A DNA stretch of 64,000 nucleotides from the human T2T-CHM13v2.0 reference genome, Homo sapiens: NCBI RefSeq assembly GCF_009914755.1, contig NC_060939.1, one strand, 5' to 3'. The position numbers and the translations under genes are program-made. Shown piece after piece: positions 18,880 through 32,922 of this stretch. Below the pieces are notes generated by a model, which was given only the letters and a program-made list of their open reading frames with translations, was not told where the DNA came from and searched no databases. The number at the start of each line of letters is the position of its first letter. Within the stretch, counting starts at the first letter, position 1.

Positions 18880-19050
18880 AGGCGCCTTCCCTGTGCCCAG
18901 CACATTGCTGAGGACCTTGCCTGAAAGATGTCCTTTCATCCTCCCCACCCACCTGAAAGATGAGAAGTGGAGGACTGATGAGAACCTTCCAGATGGGTTC
19001 TCCAAGCCACACAGCTAACAGGTGCCAGAGTCGGAATTTGAACTCAGCTG
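18880..19050 (-). mobile_element. MIR remnant
   Basis: tgtgcccagcacattgctgagg ... ccaagccacacagctaacaggtgccagagtcggaatttgaactcag. Confidence 0.6.
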
Positions 19051-19204
19051 TGACTTACTTCTGTTACCAGCAGAAGTGGGTGAGAAAGCCGGCCACAGTC
19101 CACTAAACACGGGCTATGACCAAGGTCTCTTTGACAACATAATCCAACAAATAGGCTTGTTTTAGAATATAAATCTCAAGGAATTTGGGGGGAGTTGATA
19201 TACT

Positions 19205-22200
19205 CTTGTTTTTTACTTTTTATTTTGAAATATTTTTAGATTCACAGGAGGTTGCAAAGAAATATTCAAGAAGATCCTGAACACTCTTCACTTAGCCCCG
19301 CTTCAATGTTAACATTATGCATAACGATAGTACAATAGTCAAACCAGGAAACTGACAGTGATGTAGTCAACAGAAACTAGTCAGACTCCAGTAGTTATAA
19401 TGTATGTATGTGTGTGTGTATGTGTGTGATTCTGTCCAATTGCATGTGCAACTTCATGTAACCACCACCACAATCAAGATATTTAATTGTATCATCAGCA
19501 AAGGACTGCCTCATGCTACCCCATTGTAGCCACATGCACAGTCCCTCTTCCATCATTCCTAACCTATGGCAACCACTGGAGGACATTTGGAGTTTCCAGT
19601 TTGGGGCTGTTATGAACCCAGATCTGCTATATGAACATTCACTTACAAGTTTCTATGTGAAAACAAGTTTTTATTCCTCTATGATCAATTATCTACAATT
19701 GCTGGATTGCATGGTAAATTCATTTTTACTTTTAAAGGAGTTGCCAAACTATTTTCCAGAGTGGCTGTACCATTTTATATTCCCATTAGCAATGTATGGA
19801 TGATTCAGTTTCTCCACATCCTTGCCAGCATTTGGTGTTATCACTGTTTTTTATTTTAGCTATTCTCATAGGTGTGTAGTGATATCTAGTTGTGGTTTAG
19901 ATTGCATTTTTCTGATGCCTAATAATGTTGGGGATCTTTTCATATGATTATTTGCCATCTGTGTATCTTCACGGGTGAAATATCTGTTCATCACTTTTGC
20001 TCATTTTTTTTTTTTTTTTGAGACGAAGTCTTGCTCTTGTCTTCCAGGCTGTAGTGCAGTGGCACGAACTTGGCTCACTGCAACCTCCGCCTCCTAGATT
20101 CAAGTGATTCTCCTGCCTCAGCCTCCCGAGTAGCTGGGATTACAGGCGCCTGCCACCACGCCTGGCTAATTTTTGTATTTTTAGTAGAGATGGGGTTTCA
20201 CCATGTTGGCCAGGCTGGTCTTGAACTCCTGACCTCAGGTGATCAGCCCACCTCGGCCTCCGAAAGTGCTGGGATTACAGGCATGAGCCACCGCACCTGG
20301 CCCACTTTTGCTCATTTTCTAATTAGATTTTTTTTTTAATTGTTGAGTTTTAAGGGCTGTTTATATATTCTAGATACAAGTCCTTTGTTAGGTACGTGAT
20401 TTGCAAATAATTTCTCCCAGAGTATAATTTTTTTTTCTGTTATCTTAACTTGACCCTTGACAGAATGAAAGTTTTTAATTTTGAGGAGGTCAAAGTTTTA
20501 TCAAATTTTTTCCTTTTATGGATATTGTGTTTGGTGTATGTCTAGGAACTCTTTGCCTAATCATTAAGGTCCCAAAGCTCTTTCCTTTGATTTTTTTTTT
20601 CTACATGTCTTATAGTTTTATATTTAAGTCCTTGATTCATTTTGCGTTAGTTTTTGTATAAGGTATGAAATTTATGTCAAATTTCTTTTTTCTTTTTTTG
20701 CCTATAGATGTGCAAATACTCCAGCGCCATTAATTGAAAAGGCTGTCCCTCCTTCATGGAATTACTTTTGCTCCTTGTGACAAATCAGTTGGGCATATTT
20801 GTAGGGATCATTTTTCCTGGGCTCTCTACTCCATTCCATTTGATCTCTGTGTCTCTCCCTTTGCCTATATCACACTGTCTTGATTACTATATCTCTGTAG
20901 GAAGCCTTAATATCAGGCAGGGTGATTTCCCCAATTTTATTCTCCTTTTTCAAAGTTATTTGGCTATTCTCAGGCTTTTCTCTTTCTAATAAATTTTAGA
21001 ATAAGTTTGTTTGCATCTACAAAATACCTTACAAAGTTTGACAGGACTTTTGTTAAGCCTGTCAGTCAATTTAGGCAGAATCGACCTTTTAACTATGTTG
21101 AGCGTTCCAGTCCATGAGTATGTCTCTTCAGTATTTAGGTCTTTGATTTCCTTCCTTGTCATTTTGTAATTTTTATTTTATATAGATCCTGTACATATTT
21201 TGTTAGATATATTCATAAGTATCTTCTTGTTATCTTTAGAGCAACTTTAAATGGTGTTGCATTTAACAGTCTTGATTTCCACTTCTTTGTTATTAGTGTA
21301 TAGACATGCAATCAGTTTTTGAATGTTGATCTTGTACCCTGAAACCTTACTGAACTATATGTTTTCCTCTCAGCACTGTCTGAGCTGCATCCTACCAACT
21401 TGGTATGTCGTGTTGTCATTTTAGTGCAGTTCTATATAGTTTAAAATTTCCCTTGAGATTTCCCCTTTGACCTATGGATTAGTTAGAAGTGTGTTGGTTA
21501 ATTTCCAAGTATTTGGAGATTTTCCTGTAGTTTTTTTGTCATTGATTTCTAGTTGGAGTCCATTTTGGTCAACATATTCTGCATGATTTTAATTTTTTTG
21601 AATTTATTAAGGCTTTTTTTTGTGACCCAGGATATGGTCTATCTGAGTGTATGTTCCATGGACAATTGAAAAGAATGTGTATTCTGCAGTTTTTGGGTTG
21701 AATTTTCTATAAATGTCAATTTGATCTTTTTGTTGGATGGTGTTGCACACTTCTGTATCTTTGCTGATCTTCTGTCCAGTAGTTGTGTCAGTTGCTCAGA
21801 GTGGGTACTGACATCCCCAAATATTATTGTGAATTTGTCGATTTTTCTCTTGGCAAGATTTGTTTTTGCTGTATGTGTTTTGTGGTCTGGGGGGTACGCA
21901 TTTAGAATTTCTGTATGTTCTTGGTAGGTTGGGCATTTTATTATTATGTAATATTATTCCTTGTCTTTATTTAGTTTCTTTACTCTGAAGTCTGCCTGGA
22001 TATTAATATAGCCACTTTTGCTTTCTCATGATTAGTGTTGGCATGACATGTCTTTTCCCATCCTTTACTTTCAGTCTACCCATGTTGTTATGTTTGAAAT
22101 GAGTTTCTTGTAGGTAGCTTGTAGGTTATTTTTTAAATCCATTCTGCCAATGTCTGTTATTTGATGTAGTTAGACCATTTATATTTAAAATGATTATTGA

Positions 22201-22680
22201 CTTGCTAGGGTTTAAGTCTGCATTTTATGATTTTTTTCCTTCTCTTTCTCATTCCTCTGTTTCTTTTTCCTTGCCTTCCTATGGTGACAAACATTTTTTA
22301 GAGTCCCACATTTCCTTATTTATACTGTGTTTGAATGTACGGCTTTGGATAGTGTTCTTTATGATTGCTGTAAATATTATGTCAGCCTACTGGTGTCAGA
22401 GTTTTACCACTTTGGACCCTTTACCCTCACTACTTTTTAAATATAATTGTCTTAAGTATTTCCTCCGTATCCACTGAGTACCTTATCGTATGACATAATA
22501 ACTTTTGCTTCAACTTAAAGTATGATTAAAGAACCTCATGAGGTGAAGGACAGTCTAGTCTTCTTCTGTTAGTCTCTTTTTCTGTTTGAAGACATTTCTT
22601 TAGCCCTTCTTTAAAGGTTGGTCTGCTAGTAATAAATTCTTTAGCTTCTCTTCTCCTGAGAATATCTTCATTTCTCCTTC
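19205..22680 (-). mobile_element. Old L1 (L1MC/MD-like) 3'UTR plus degraded ORF2, with internal deletions
   Basis: T-rich antisense L1 motifs (ttgccaaactattttccagagtggctgtaccattttat, ccagcgccattaattgaaaaggctg, ttgaaaagaatgtgtattctgc). Confidence 0.85.
20004..20302 (-). mobile_element. Alu SINE (AluSq/Sx-like) inside L1
   Basis: Full-length; TSD cacttttgctcatttt. Confidence 0.95.
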
Positions 22681-22921
22681 ATTTCTTTTTTTTGATAGCA
22701 AATTTATTGAGTCATAATTCACATACCATGTAACTCATACCTTTAAACTGTACAATTCAGTGGTTTTTAGTGTATTCACAGAGTTTTGAATCATAACCAC
22801 AATCTAATGTAATAAAATTGTAAGTCTGGCTTTTTGCATGTGATAGAGGGGAGAAGGAAAAGCAGTCTATATCATCTTGCTCTGGAACTAGAAGTTGATA
22901 GTCTTTTCAAGTGTTTTATAA

Positions 22922-23252
<331 letters not shown>

Positions 23253-23269
23253 CCTTTCTTTATTTTTAA

Positions 23270-23885
23270 AATGTATTTTAATTTTTAGTTCTTAATTGTG
23301 GCAAGAGATACATACAAATGTATCATCTTAAGCATTGTTTAGGTGTACAGGTCAGTGACGTTAAGGACATTGACATTGTTGTCCAGCTATCACCACCACT
23401 CATCTCCAGAATGATTTCATCTTCCCAAAATTTAACCTCTGCACTCATTAAGCAGTAATTGTCCATTCCCCTCTTTTCACACCCCCTGGCAACCACCATT
23501 CTACTTTCTGGCTGTGAATTTGACTCTTCCAGGTACCTCACGTAAGTGGAATCCTACAATATTTTTGTGCGTGACTGACTTCTTTCCCTTAGCATAGTGT
23601 TCTCGCAACGTTGTAGTAAGTGTCAGAATTCCCTTGCCTGTGAAGGCTGAATAATACTCCACCGTATGTGTAGACCACATTTTGTTTATCCATTCATCCA
23701 TGATGGACACTTGGGTTGTTTCCACGTTTTGGGGACTGTGAATAATGTTGCTATGAGCATGAGTGTGCAAATAATCTCTTGGAGATAGACCCTGCTTTTC
23801 ATTCTTTTGGGTGTATACTCAGAAGTGGGATTGCTGAATGATGTGGTAATTTATGTTTTTAATTTTGGGGGGAACTGCTATACTA
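23270..23885 (-). mobile_element. L1MB-type 3' end
   Basis: caccaccactcatctccagaatg, cccctggcaaccaccattctactttctg, tagaccacattttgtttatccattcatcc. Confidence 0.85.
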
Positions 23886-24147
23886 TCTGTCCCTGTCTTT
23901 TCCTTACAAACACGTGTGGAAGACTTTGAGGCATTTGACCTGTGGAACATCTCCCTTCTTATTTTGGATGGGTGCACTCCTGGTGAAGTTCAGCGTGTCC
24001 CTTTGTCCTCTCTCTCCTGCACATTGGCAGCTGGATCCAGTACCTTTGCTGGACTTGGTTCCGTCTCTTTCGCAGGATTAGAGGAAGTGCTCTATGTCTG
24101 TTCACCCATCTTTTTGTGAGCAGGCAGCTGTTGATGCTCAATGCCCC

Positions 24148-24365
24148 TGTTTTGGGTAAAATTGTGTCTCCCCAAAATTCATTTGTTGAAGTCTTAAGCT
24201 CCAGCATCTCAGAACCTGCCCTTATTTGGAGAAATGGTCTTTACAGAGCTTATCAAAGCAAAATGAGGTCATTAGGGCAGGCCCTAATCCAGCATGCCCA
24301 GCGTACTTCCAAGAAGAGGAAATGCGGAAGCAGACACGTGCAGAGGGAGGATGGGAAGATGTGGT
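24148..24365 (+). mobile_element. MaLR LTR 5' half (MLT1B/C-like)
   Basis: aattgtgtctccccaaaattcatttgttgaagtc...aaaatgaggtcattagggcaggccctaatcca. Confidence 0.7.
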
Positions 24366-24503
24366 GACTCCATATAAACATAAACACGGCTGTCTCTTGC
24401 CCTTCATTCTTGAACGCTTTGCTGGACAGGAAATCCTTGAGTGTCTTAAATAGGCTACTCTTTTTTTTTCTGGAGGTAATCATGGTTGTCAAAAAGTCTT
24501 AAG

Positions 24504-24990
<487 letters not shown>

Positions 24991-25769
24991 TTAACCTTTC
25001 ATTTCAAATAAAAAGGAGATAACCTGGAATTCTGTGTGGGCTCTCAGTGTAAAGATAGAAGGACACACAGAGTGTTTTGAAACATGCCCCTCCCTGATCA
25101 GCAGGTGTCCTGCTGTGTCACATGTGACTGTCAGTTCCCGACCCCTCGGCCGAGCAGAAAGGGCTTTGGCAAGGTGTCCGGAGTTGGAGGTGGCCTCTGG
25201 GAGGTTTGCTGCCCGAGGGTCCTGTTGCCGCCAGGACTGGTGAGGAGACTGAGGATTGAAGGGGCCAAAAGCTGACAAAATTCTGTGCGGGGGCTGAGTG
25301 GCAGATTCGGGTCTGAATCATTTCCTGGTTCCTGGAATATTCCCACTTAGGTGCCGAAGCCAGAATTGGAGGGAGCGTGGCGCCTACTCATGGAGCCTGC
25401 CAAGGCACTGCCAGCTGCTCACAGGCCAGGCCGGGCGGGCAGAGCCTCCTCGCTGCCTGCTGGCTTTGAAATTCATGTTTGAGACACACATTCCAGCCTT
25501 CACTGCTTGTTCAAGGTGATACATGATTTTCAGACTGGACAGCTTGGCCTCTTGTCTGTTCTTGTGTTTTCCTTTATGTACCAGGATAATGTTAAACCCT
25601 TCCCATGATGCTGCAAAAACCAAATAGTGCAGCACACACCCCACAGCCCGAAACAACTGCAGGTGCGTGTGCCAGTGGTTCTGAAAGGAATACAGAGACG
25701 TGTGGTTTCCGAATCCGCTGATTGTTTTATTATATACTGTTACAGATCATGTTATTCTAAATTACAAAA

Positions 25770-25900
25770 TAAAACTTATGTTAATATACATTTATACAAC
25801 GTATATATTATACATTATATAGCATGTAGTGATGTATGATGTAATGTATGATATGTACTATATAATAATTTATAATATATTATAATTATTATAATAAAAA
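25770..25900. repeat. AT-rich low-complexity tract
   Basis: tataataatttataatatattataattattataataaaaa and similar. Confidence 0.7.
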
Positions 25901-25905
25901 TGACT

Positions 25906-26042
25906 GGCCAGGCACCGTGGTTCATGCTTGTCATCTCAGCCCTTTGGGAGGCCGAGGCAGGAGGGTTGCTTGAGGTCAGGAGTCTGAGACCAGCCTGGGG
26001 CCACATAGTGAGACCCTGTCTTTCTAAAAAAAAAAAAAAAAA
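25906..26042 (+). mobile_element. FLAM/AluJ left monomer with poly-A
   Basis: ggccaggcaccgtggttcatgcttgt...gtgagaccctgtctttctaaaaaaaa. Confidence 0.9.
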
Positions 26043-28211
26043 TAGTAATTTGTTATTATTCTTCCTATTACTATTTTTAAGGGACAATTTTGGAAACATA
26101 CTTTACTTTTTCTAGTGTAGCAAAGAATTTACATTTTGTCACCTGAAAGCGTCCTGGAAAATCCATCCTAGTGTCTTGTAATTCTAACAGTCACCAGGAA
26201 GGCTACTTTGAGAAAATTTCATATGGTATGAGGGAAAACAAGAACATTCTCATTTTTTTTTGTCTTGCTGAATTAAAAAAAAAAAATAAAAGCAACAACA
26301 AGAAAAAACAAAGCCCAGGGCTGGGGTTAAGTAGGTGAAGGAGGAAAGGGAGTCCCCACCTGCCAGTCTCAGTGCCGCTCTTTGCCATGCACACACCCGT
26401 ATGTGTGCCCATGTGTGTGCACACAGACACCACCGGGTCCCCTTGGAGTTACCAGGCAAATGCATGTCATCAGCTGTTGTGCCTTGATGTCTCCTAAGCT
26501 ACATAGAATCCCCTCAGACCACGCCTGACACCCAGGACACCAGGGCAGTAATCCGCACGCCCATTTCACTCTCACCATGTAAATTGCGTTTTCTATTTTC
26601 ATTTCATTTTATGTCACTTTTCTTCAACAAGTAATTATTCTAGGGCTTTATAAGAACGCTGTGCTTTCTTAGTCTATTTATAATGAGTAAGAAGTTGTTT
26701 TTATTCTATTTCTTTTCTGTCTGTGCTTGCCATTTTTTTTAATCACGATTGGATAAGGGGGGATCCCTGCAAGATAACAGCGCCCACCAAATTAGAATCT
26801 CCCTGAAAAACATACAGTTAATCAGGAGGAAAATATAGTTGCCCATAGTCCATGATTATAGCACAACTAGGGGACAATTAATGTAGCAAACCTCTGTTTC
26901 CACCCAAGACCAGGATACAGGGTTTCAGGGCCAGGCCAGAGCCCCGAGCCATCAGGACCGGGCACAGGAGAGTGCAGCAGCGGCCTGGTCCCACCCTCAC
27001 TCGGGAGATAATAAGAGACATCTGAAATGTCACTCAGGAATAAAAGAGAGGGTCTTGGAAAGTGCATGGGATGGGAGAGTCTGCTCCTGGGAGATGTTTC
27101 CTGGAGGTTTGGTGTGAAAGGGAAGAGAAGAATTAGCTGAAAATAAGGAACTTAGTAAAACAACAAATCATCCACAAAGAAGAGCTCCTCTCAGGGGAGG
27201 AGGAGGTGGAAGAAGAGGAAAATCTCTCTCCTTAATTAAAAAAACTGTACTTTAGAGAAGTAAGAGAAGAGTGCATGGCTGAACCATGTTCCTGAGCAAG
27301 CCACACAGACCTCTCCCTCCCTACTGACTCTACTCATCAGCTTTTGGGGAGTCTAAGTAAATTAATATAAACCCAAGCACACCTAGCGTCCATACAATAT
27401 TACTGTAAGAAAAAGAAATAGAAAATGTGTAGCAAAATGCTGGACATGAAAACAGCCAAGAAGCACAAATGAAATGTAAGTAATAGGCAATTGCAAATGT
27501 GAAAAAACACCATGAGCCAGCTCTTCATAAAATAAGACTGGAAATGGATAAACAACGGGAGATATGAAATGAGAGCTAATTAAGGAAAGCAAATGAAGAA
27601 AAGTCTAAGATAATCTCTGAAATTAATAGTAAATGATAAGGTTCCCCAAAGGGATAGTAGTTACAGCTGAAAGCACAGTAGGGATAGAAATGAAAGAAAT
27701 AGAAAAGATCAAAACCAAAGTGTCTGTTGGAAAGACATCCAATTTACCTGTAATTGGTGACCCTGAAGAACTAAAACAAGGCAATGGAACAGAACTAAAA
27801 ATTTAAAACTGCAAGTCAAGAAAACTTTCCTAAAATAAAATTAAGACCCAAATCTACATGGAAATATAGTCCACTGCCATTCCGGGAATGGTTGACTCAA
27901 GATTTATGCTCTAGGAAGACTAAATTCTAAAGATAAAGAGAATATCAGCAGGGCCTCCAGGCAAAAGGACCAAGTTATTTACAAAGGAAATTTACAGAGT
28001 TGTTTACAAAGTTACAAGTTATATGCAAAGTCTGGTGTCAGACTTATAACAACAACAAAGAAAGCAAGACAGCAATGCACAATACTTTTAAGAAACTCAA
28101 GGAAAGAAAACGTGAGTGAAGGATTTTATGCCCAGCCAATGGTTCTTTAAGTGATTCAGAAACAAAAATATTGTGCCCACCAGGCACACTTAAAGAATCA
28201 GCTGGCATTAG

Positions 28212-29050
28212 TGATATGTCAGAGGCTGGACGGCAGAAATGGTCTGCCCTGGTTGCAGGCAATGAGGAGTTTCATCATCTGTCGATAATTTAAAAACAAT
28301 AATAAAACTGACTGAAAGTCCGTCTGCTTTTTATGTCACTGTGATCCAACACTTTTAAACAATGTCAGCCAAAAAATACTCCTCCTGAAAAAACCTATTG
28401 TTGGTCTAATTTCTAAGCAATTTTTCCTATTACAATTGCATTTTAATGCTATGTGTAAACCTCAAATTAGCATATTTGCATTACTTATGCTTTAATAAAC
28501 ATTATATTCTACATGGCATTTAATTTGGAGAACTCCCAAGTATACGATCAGCCCCTGACATCTGCAGACTGAGGCACATGTGTTTATTTTGAGAGGAAGT
28601 TTGTAGCAATCCAGAATCATGCAAACTCCATTGAGGTCCGGACTCCTGTGACCCTGTGTATTCCTCTGTTTGGATAGCAGATTAGGAATAACCAGTGATA
28701 TCACAATAGGTAAAGACAAAGAAACAGAACTTGGATTTCTTCAATTCTGTCATTCTATGTGAACACTAGAGGTTTTTATTGGTGTGTAAAATTTGAAGAG
28801 TAAGAGCACAGATGATGAGATTGGATATTTTTGTTTGATTGGTGCAACTTGTAGTTGACACATGAAATATTTTACTGAATATGAGCTGTACCATTAGGAC
28901 TGAAATTCATCTTTTAAAATTGTCCATGGTTTTTAAAATTACAGATCCAGTTAAGGAAATAGTGATTATTACTGGTTATTATGTGATAATTACTGAAAAC
29001 ACTGTTGTCACATAGAGGATGAAGGTGTTAAAAATTAGCCACATTATGTA
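28212..29050 (+). mobile_element. MER97 (hAT-Tip100 DNA transposon fossil)
   Basis: tgcaggcaatgagg..aatttaaaaacaataataaaactgactgaaagtc.gtctgctttt..aaacaatgtcag..aaatactcctcc matches recalled MER97 consensus. Confidence 0.7.
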
Positions 29051-31367
29051 TGCCACATAGCAGGGGACAGGCTTCATCCAATGAAAAGATGATGTGGGAA
29101 ACTTTGGCGAAGGCACTGATAGTATTTTTACACTTAAACAAGTATTTTAAAATGTTTAAAAAAAATTGTATATGTATGACCGAAAGAAAGGTAGGGATAA
29201 GTATGGAGGAATGGCTATAAATGTTATATATTCTGACAAAATAGAAATAATGAATAAAAATAATAGTTGGAGTAGGAAGAGCAAAAGAGGAACAGAGAAT
29301 CAGCTCATTGATTGCCCTGCAGGTAGGAAAGTGGTAACATTGTTTGGTATACAAGAATGACCACTGAAACAAAAATATAGACCTTAAATACCCAAAGAAA
29401 TGCAAAAACAAAACAAAACAACTTTTAAAGAAGCAAACAAACCATATAGTGAAATACACACGGTCAATATAACACTAAAGAATAGAACTGAGACCAAACC
29501 TAGCAGCCGCATCAGTAAATTAGAGTGGATTTAACCCATTTATTAAAAGGCAAGACTGATTTTCAGATTGGTTCACATAGTGGCACCCAACTCTATGCTG
29601 TATAAAGAAGTCATATCCAAAACACAGTGATCCAGGAAGGCTGAAAATGACAGGAGGGTGTATAGCAATGAAGAGAGAAAAAGAGCTTGGGAGTTTTAAT
29701 CCTGACTGCAGCCAAGCTAGTATCAGGCCAAAAGCATTAATGGAAACAAAGAGGGCCGCTGTCAATGCTAAAGGCTGCAATTTGCAGAGAAGATACACTA
29801 GGTGTGGTTATGTCTGCTTCACATAACATCACCAGAACCTCTACGATGCGGAAACCACAGGGGCGGTGGGGAGACATGAGGGACACGCAGTTCCAGGACA
29901 TTGTGACTGCCTTGCTCAGCCTGAGACATGTGAAGGGGACCAAAACATACGCCTCCAAATGTACCAGACTTTGTGCTGTGATAATAGGGAATACAACTTT
30001 GTTTCGAGACTACTTGGAACACTTAGGAAAGTTGACATATATTAGCTTACAAAGACAACCTCAATGAGTTCCGTAACAGAAATAATACAAACAACATTCT
30101 GTGCTCACAATGCAATAAAACTAAAAATTAATCATAAGATTAAAAACCAAAAAGGCCCTTCAATTTGAAGAGTTACAAGATTAAACTCTATTAAATAAGT
30201 TTTTAGGTGAAAGGAAATACACAAACCAAGTGCATAATTTTTGAATTTGACGATAATTAAAATATATCACTCTGTGGAATACACATAAAGCTGTGGTTAT
30301 AACCTCAGAAATGAAACCAAACGAATTAATGGATTTATCATCTAACTAAAAATGATAGATAAAAATAGCCAAATAAACTTAGAGTAGAATGACAAAAAAT
30401 AAGAGTAAGATTGGAAATTCATGAGTTTTAGGAATGAGAAAAAAATGAAACTGATAAATACACAAAATACTACATCCTAGAAAAAGAATCAAGTGGACAA
30501 ACCTCTGTCTAAGCTAATCATGAAGGGGAGAGAGAGAGACCCCAAACAACACAGAATAAGAAATGACATTAACAGAACAGAGCATATTTAAAAAAATCAT
30601 TAAAAGCTTACTTTGTATAGTGCTTTGCAAGTAAGTGTGAAGACCTGGATAGAAAGGGAACTTCTTTAGGAAAATATAATTTATTCAGATTGACCCCAGT
30701 AGACACAGAAAGTTTTAAAAAAAAATTCCTACTGGAAAAAAATTCAAATCTATATTTTCACAGGAGAATTCTATCAAATCTTCAAAGAACAGATATCTCA
30801 ATGCTACTTAAATTATTCTAGAACATAGAAAAAGAAACCTTAAGATTATTCAATGAGAAAACCACACACCAATCTCACTTAGGAATATTGATGTAAAATG
30901 CCTAAGTAAAACAGTATTAGAGAGAACCCTTTAAAAATGGTTTTGAGACAACTGGATAGCCATTTGGAAAAAGATAAAATTTTGTCGATATCTTTCATCA
31001 TCTACAAGCATACATTTCAAATGTCTCTAAATAGGTAGTTACCAGAAAAACTACCACAAGAAAACATGGGTAAATTTTAAAATAACCTGTGGGTAGGGAA
31101 AATTATGATTCAAAATCCAAAAGCAATGTAAAAAAGATTGAGAAATTTGGTTGCATTAGGAAAAAAACAAAACAAAACTGCTTTCGCATGATGGGGGAGG
31201 GACACCATAAGCAAAGTGAAAAAGCCAGGTAATAAACCAGTAGAAAATATTTGCATCTTATATCACAAAGCTAATTCCTTCAAAATATAGATTATAACAA
31301 GATACCATTTCTCATGGGCCATATTGGCAGAGAGGAAAAAACTCAAAACAAAACAATACAAGTTTGA

Positions 31368-31386
31368 TGGCGCCCTCTATTGGCGA
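31368..31386 (-). promoter_or_regulatory. CTCF-like motif
   Basis: Minus strand reads tcgCCAATAGAGGGCGCca, 13/14 match to CCASYAGRKGGCRS. Confidence 0.45.
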
Positions 31387-31544
31387 GGCTGTGGAGCAGC
31401 CATTCAGATTGCTCCACCCCTGGAGGAAACAGGATGCCTTGGGACTTGGTGCACCTGCATAGACCCTGACTCAGCCATGCCTCCTTCCTGAATTTACCTG
31501 GAAGACAATACTCCAAATCCAAACATGCTCATGGCATATGGAGA

Positions 31545-32560
31545 TCTTAAATTAATAGGTCCTCTTTTATGTCTTTCAATAAAGTAACAGATATGTTTCT
31601 ATAGAGGTCTTCCATTTTTACATTAAATTGATTCCCAGGTATGAAATTTTGGCTACTGTCCCAGTGGCAGCCCTCTGGAAATGACCTTTGTTGAGTTTGT
31701 GTTTTGACCTGGTATCCAGCAACCTTGCTTAACAGTCTGAAGAGCAGCTTGGGGCTTTTCTCTATGGACAGTATGTCTCCTGCATGTAATGACAGTTGGC
31801 TTTCATTCATCCATTGCAATCTTCATCCTTTAATTTCTTTTTGTTTTCTTACTTCTGTGGTTGGGAGTGACAGAACAGTGTTAAGCAGAAGCAGTTATAC
31901 TGCAAATTCTTGTCTTATTCCTTCTTGTAGGGCCATCTCTAATGGTCCACCATGAGGTGTGGAGTTTGCTGTGGACTTGTGGTAGATCCTCACTTTGTTA
32001 AGGAAGTCTCCTTCTGGTCCTAATTTGCTAGGAGTTTTTTCTCCCTTTAATTGTGAATGCATGTTGAACTTTATGAAATGGTTTTTGGGCATCAATTGAG
32101 ATGATCTGTTAATGTGATGAATTATGTGATTGCGACAATAGCTTTTCTAATATTACACCAAGTTGACATGCCTGGGATAAACCTGTATTTCATCATGATA
32201 TGTCTCTTAAAAATTGCTGGGTTCACTTGGCTAATACTTTATTTAGGATGTTTTTTCACCTGTTTATAAATGAGTTTGGCCTATAATTTACCTTTCTTAT
32301 TCTGCCTTTCATTGGTTTTAGTGTGGAGATTATATTAGACCCATAACATTCAGCATCTCATCCTTTTCTCTTTTGGAGAGCAATTAATATAAGACTGAGG
32401 TGATATGTTCCTCAATGGTATTGTTAAAACTTACCTGTGACACCTTCTGGTTCCAGTGCATTACTAGTGGCCAGATTTCAAGTGACTAATTAAATTTCCT
32501 TAACATTTAAAGTCTATTCACAATGAGGAAATAAACCTTACCTCATCAGTTGGCTTCCTT
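31545..32560 (-). mobile_element. Old L1 ORF2 fragment
   Basis: Minus-strand ORFs 31547-31819 and 31895-32095 translate to L1 ORF2-like text (LLKDIKEDL, KLGPEGDFLNKVRIYHKSTAN). Confidence 0.75.
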
Positions 32561-32595
32561 CAACACTACCATTTTTCTTCTTTCTTGTGAGTATG

Positions 32596-32922
32596 TGAGC
32601 CTTAGTTCAGGCTGCTATAACAAAAATATCATAGATTAGTTTAGAGAACACACATTCATTCCTCACAGTTCTGAAGGCTGGGAAGTCTAACGTCAAGGGG
32701 CTGGTGATTCCTGGTGAGGGCCCTCTGCTTGGTTTGCAGATGGCTGCCTTCTTCCTGTGCTCTCACATCGGGGAGAGAGAGAGCATCTCTCTCGTGACTT
32801 TTCTTCTCATTCCCATTCATGAGGGCCTAATTTCTTCCCAAAGGCCCCACATTATAATAGCATCACATTAAGGATTAGGCTTCAACCTCTGAATTTGGGA
32901 GGAGCACATTCAGCCCTTAGCA
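32596..32922 (-). mobile_element. MaLR solo LTR (MLT1A-like)
   Basis: ttagttcaggctgctataacaaaa..ctcacagttctgaaggctgggaagtc..gaatttgggaggagcacattcagcccttagca. Confidence 0.8.

Larger units (their letters stand above)
27400..31540 (+). mobile_element. Ancient L1 (L1M-type) with ORF1 and ORF2 remnants, interrupted by MER97
   Basis: A-rich. ORF1-like aaagataaagagaatatc..ggcctccaggcaaaag near 27930. ORF2 endonuclease start near 29520 (ggatttaacccatttattaaaaggcaagactgattttcagattgg). ORF2 end near 31300-31400. Confidence 0.7.
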
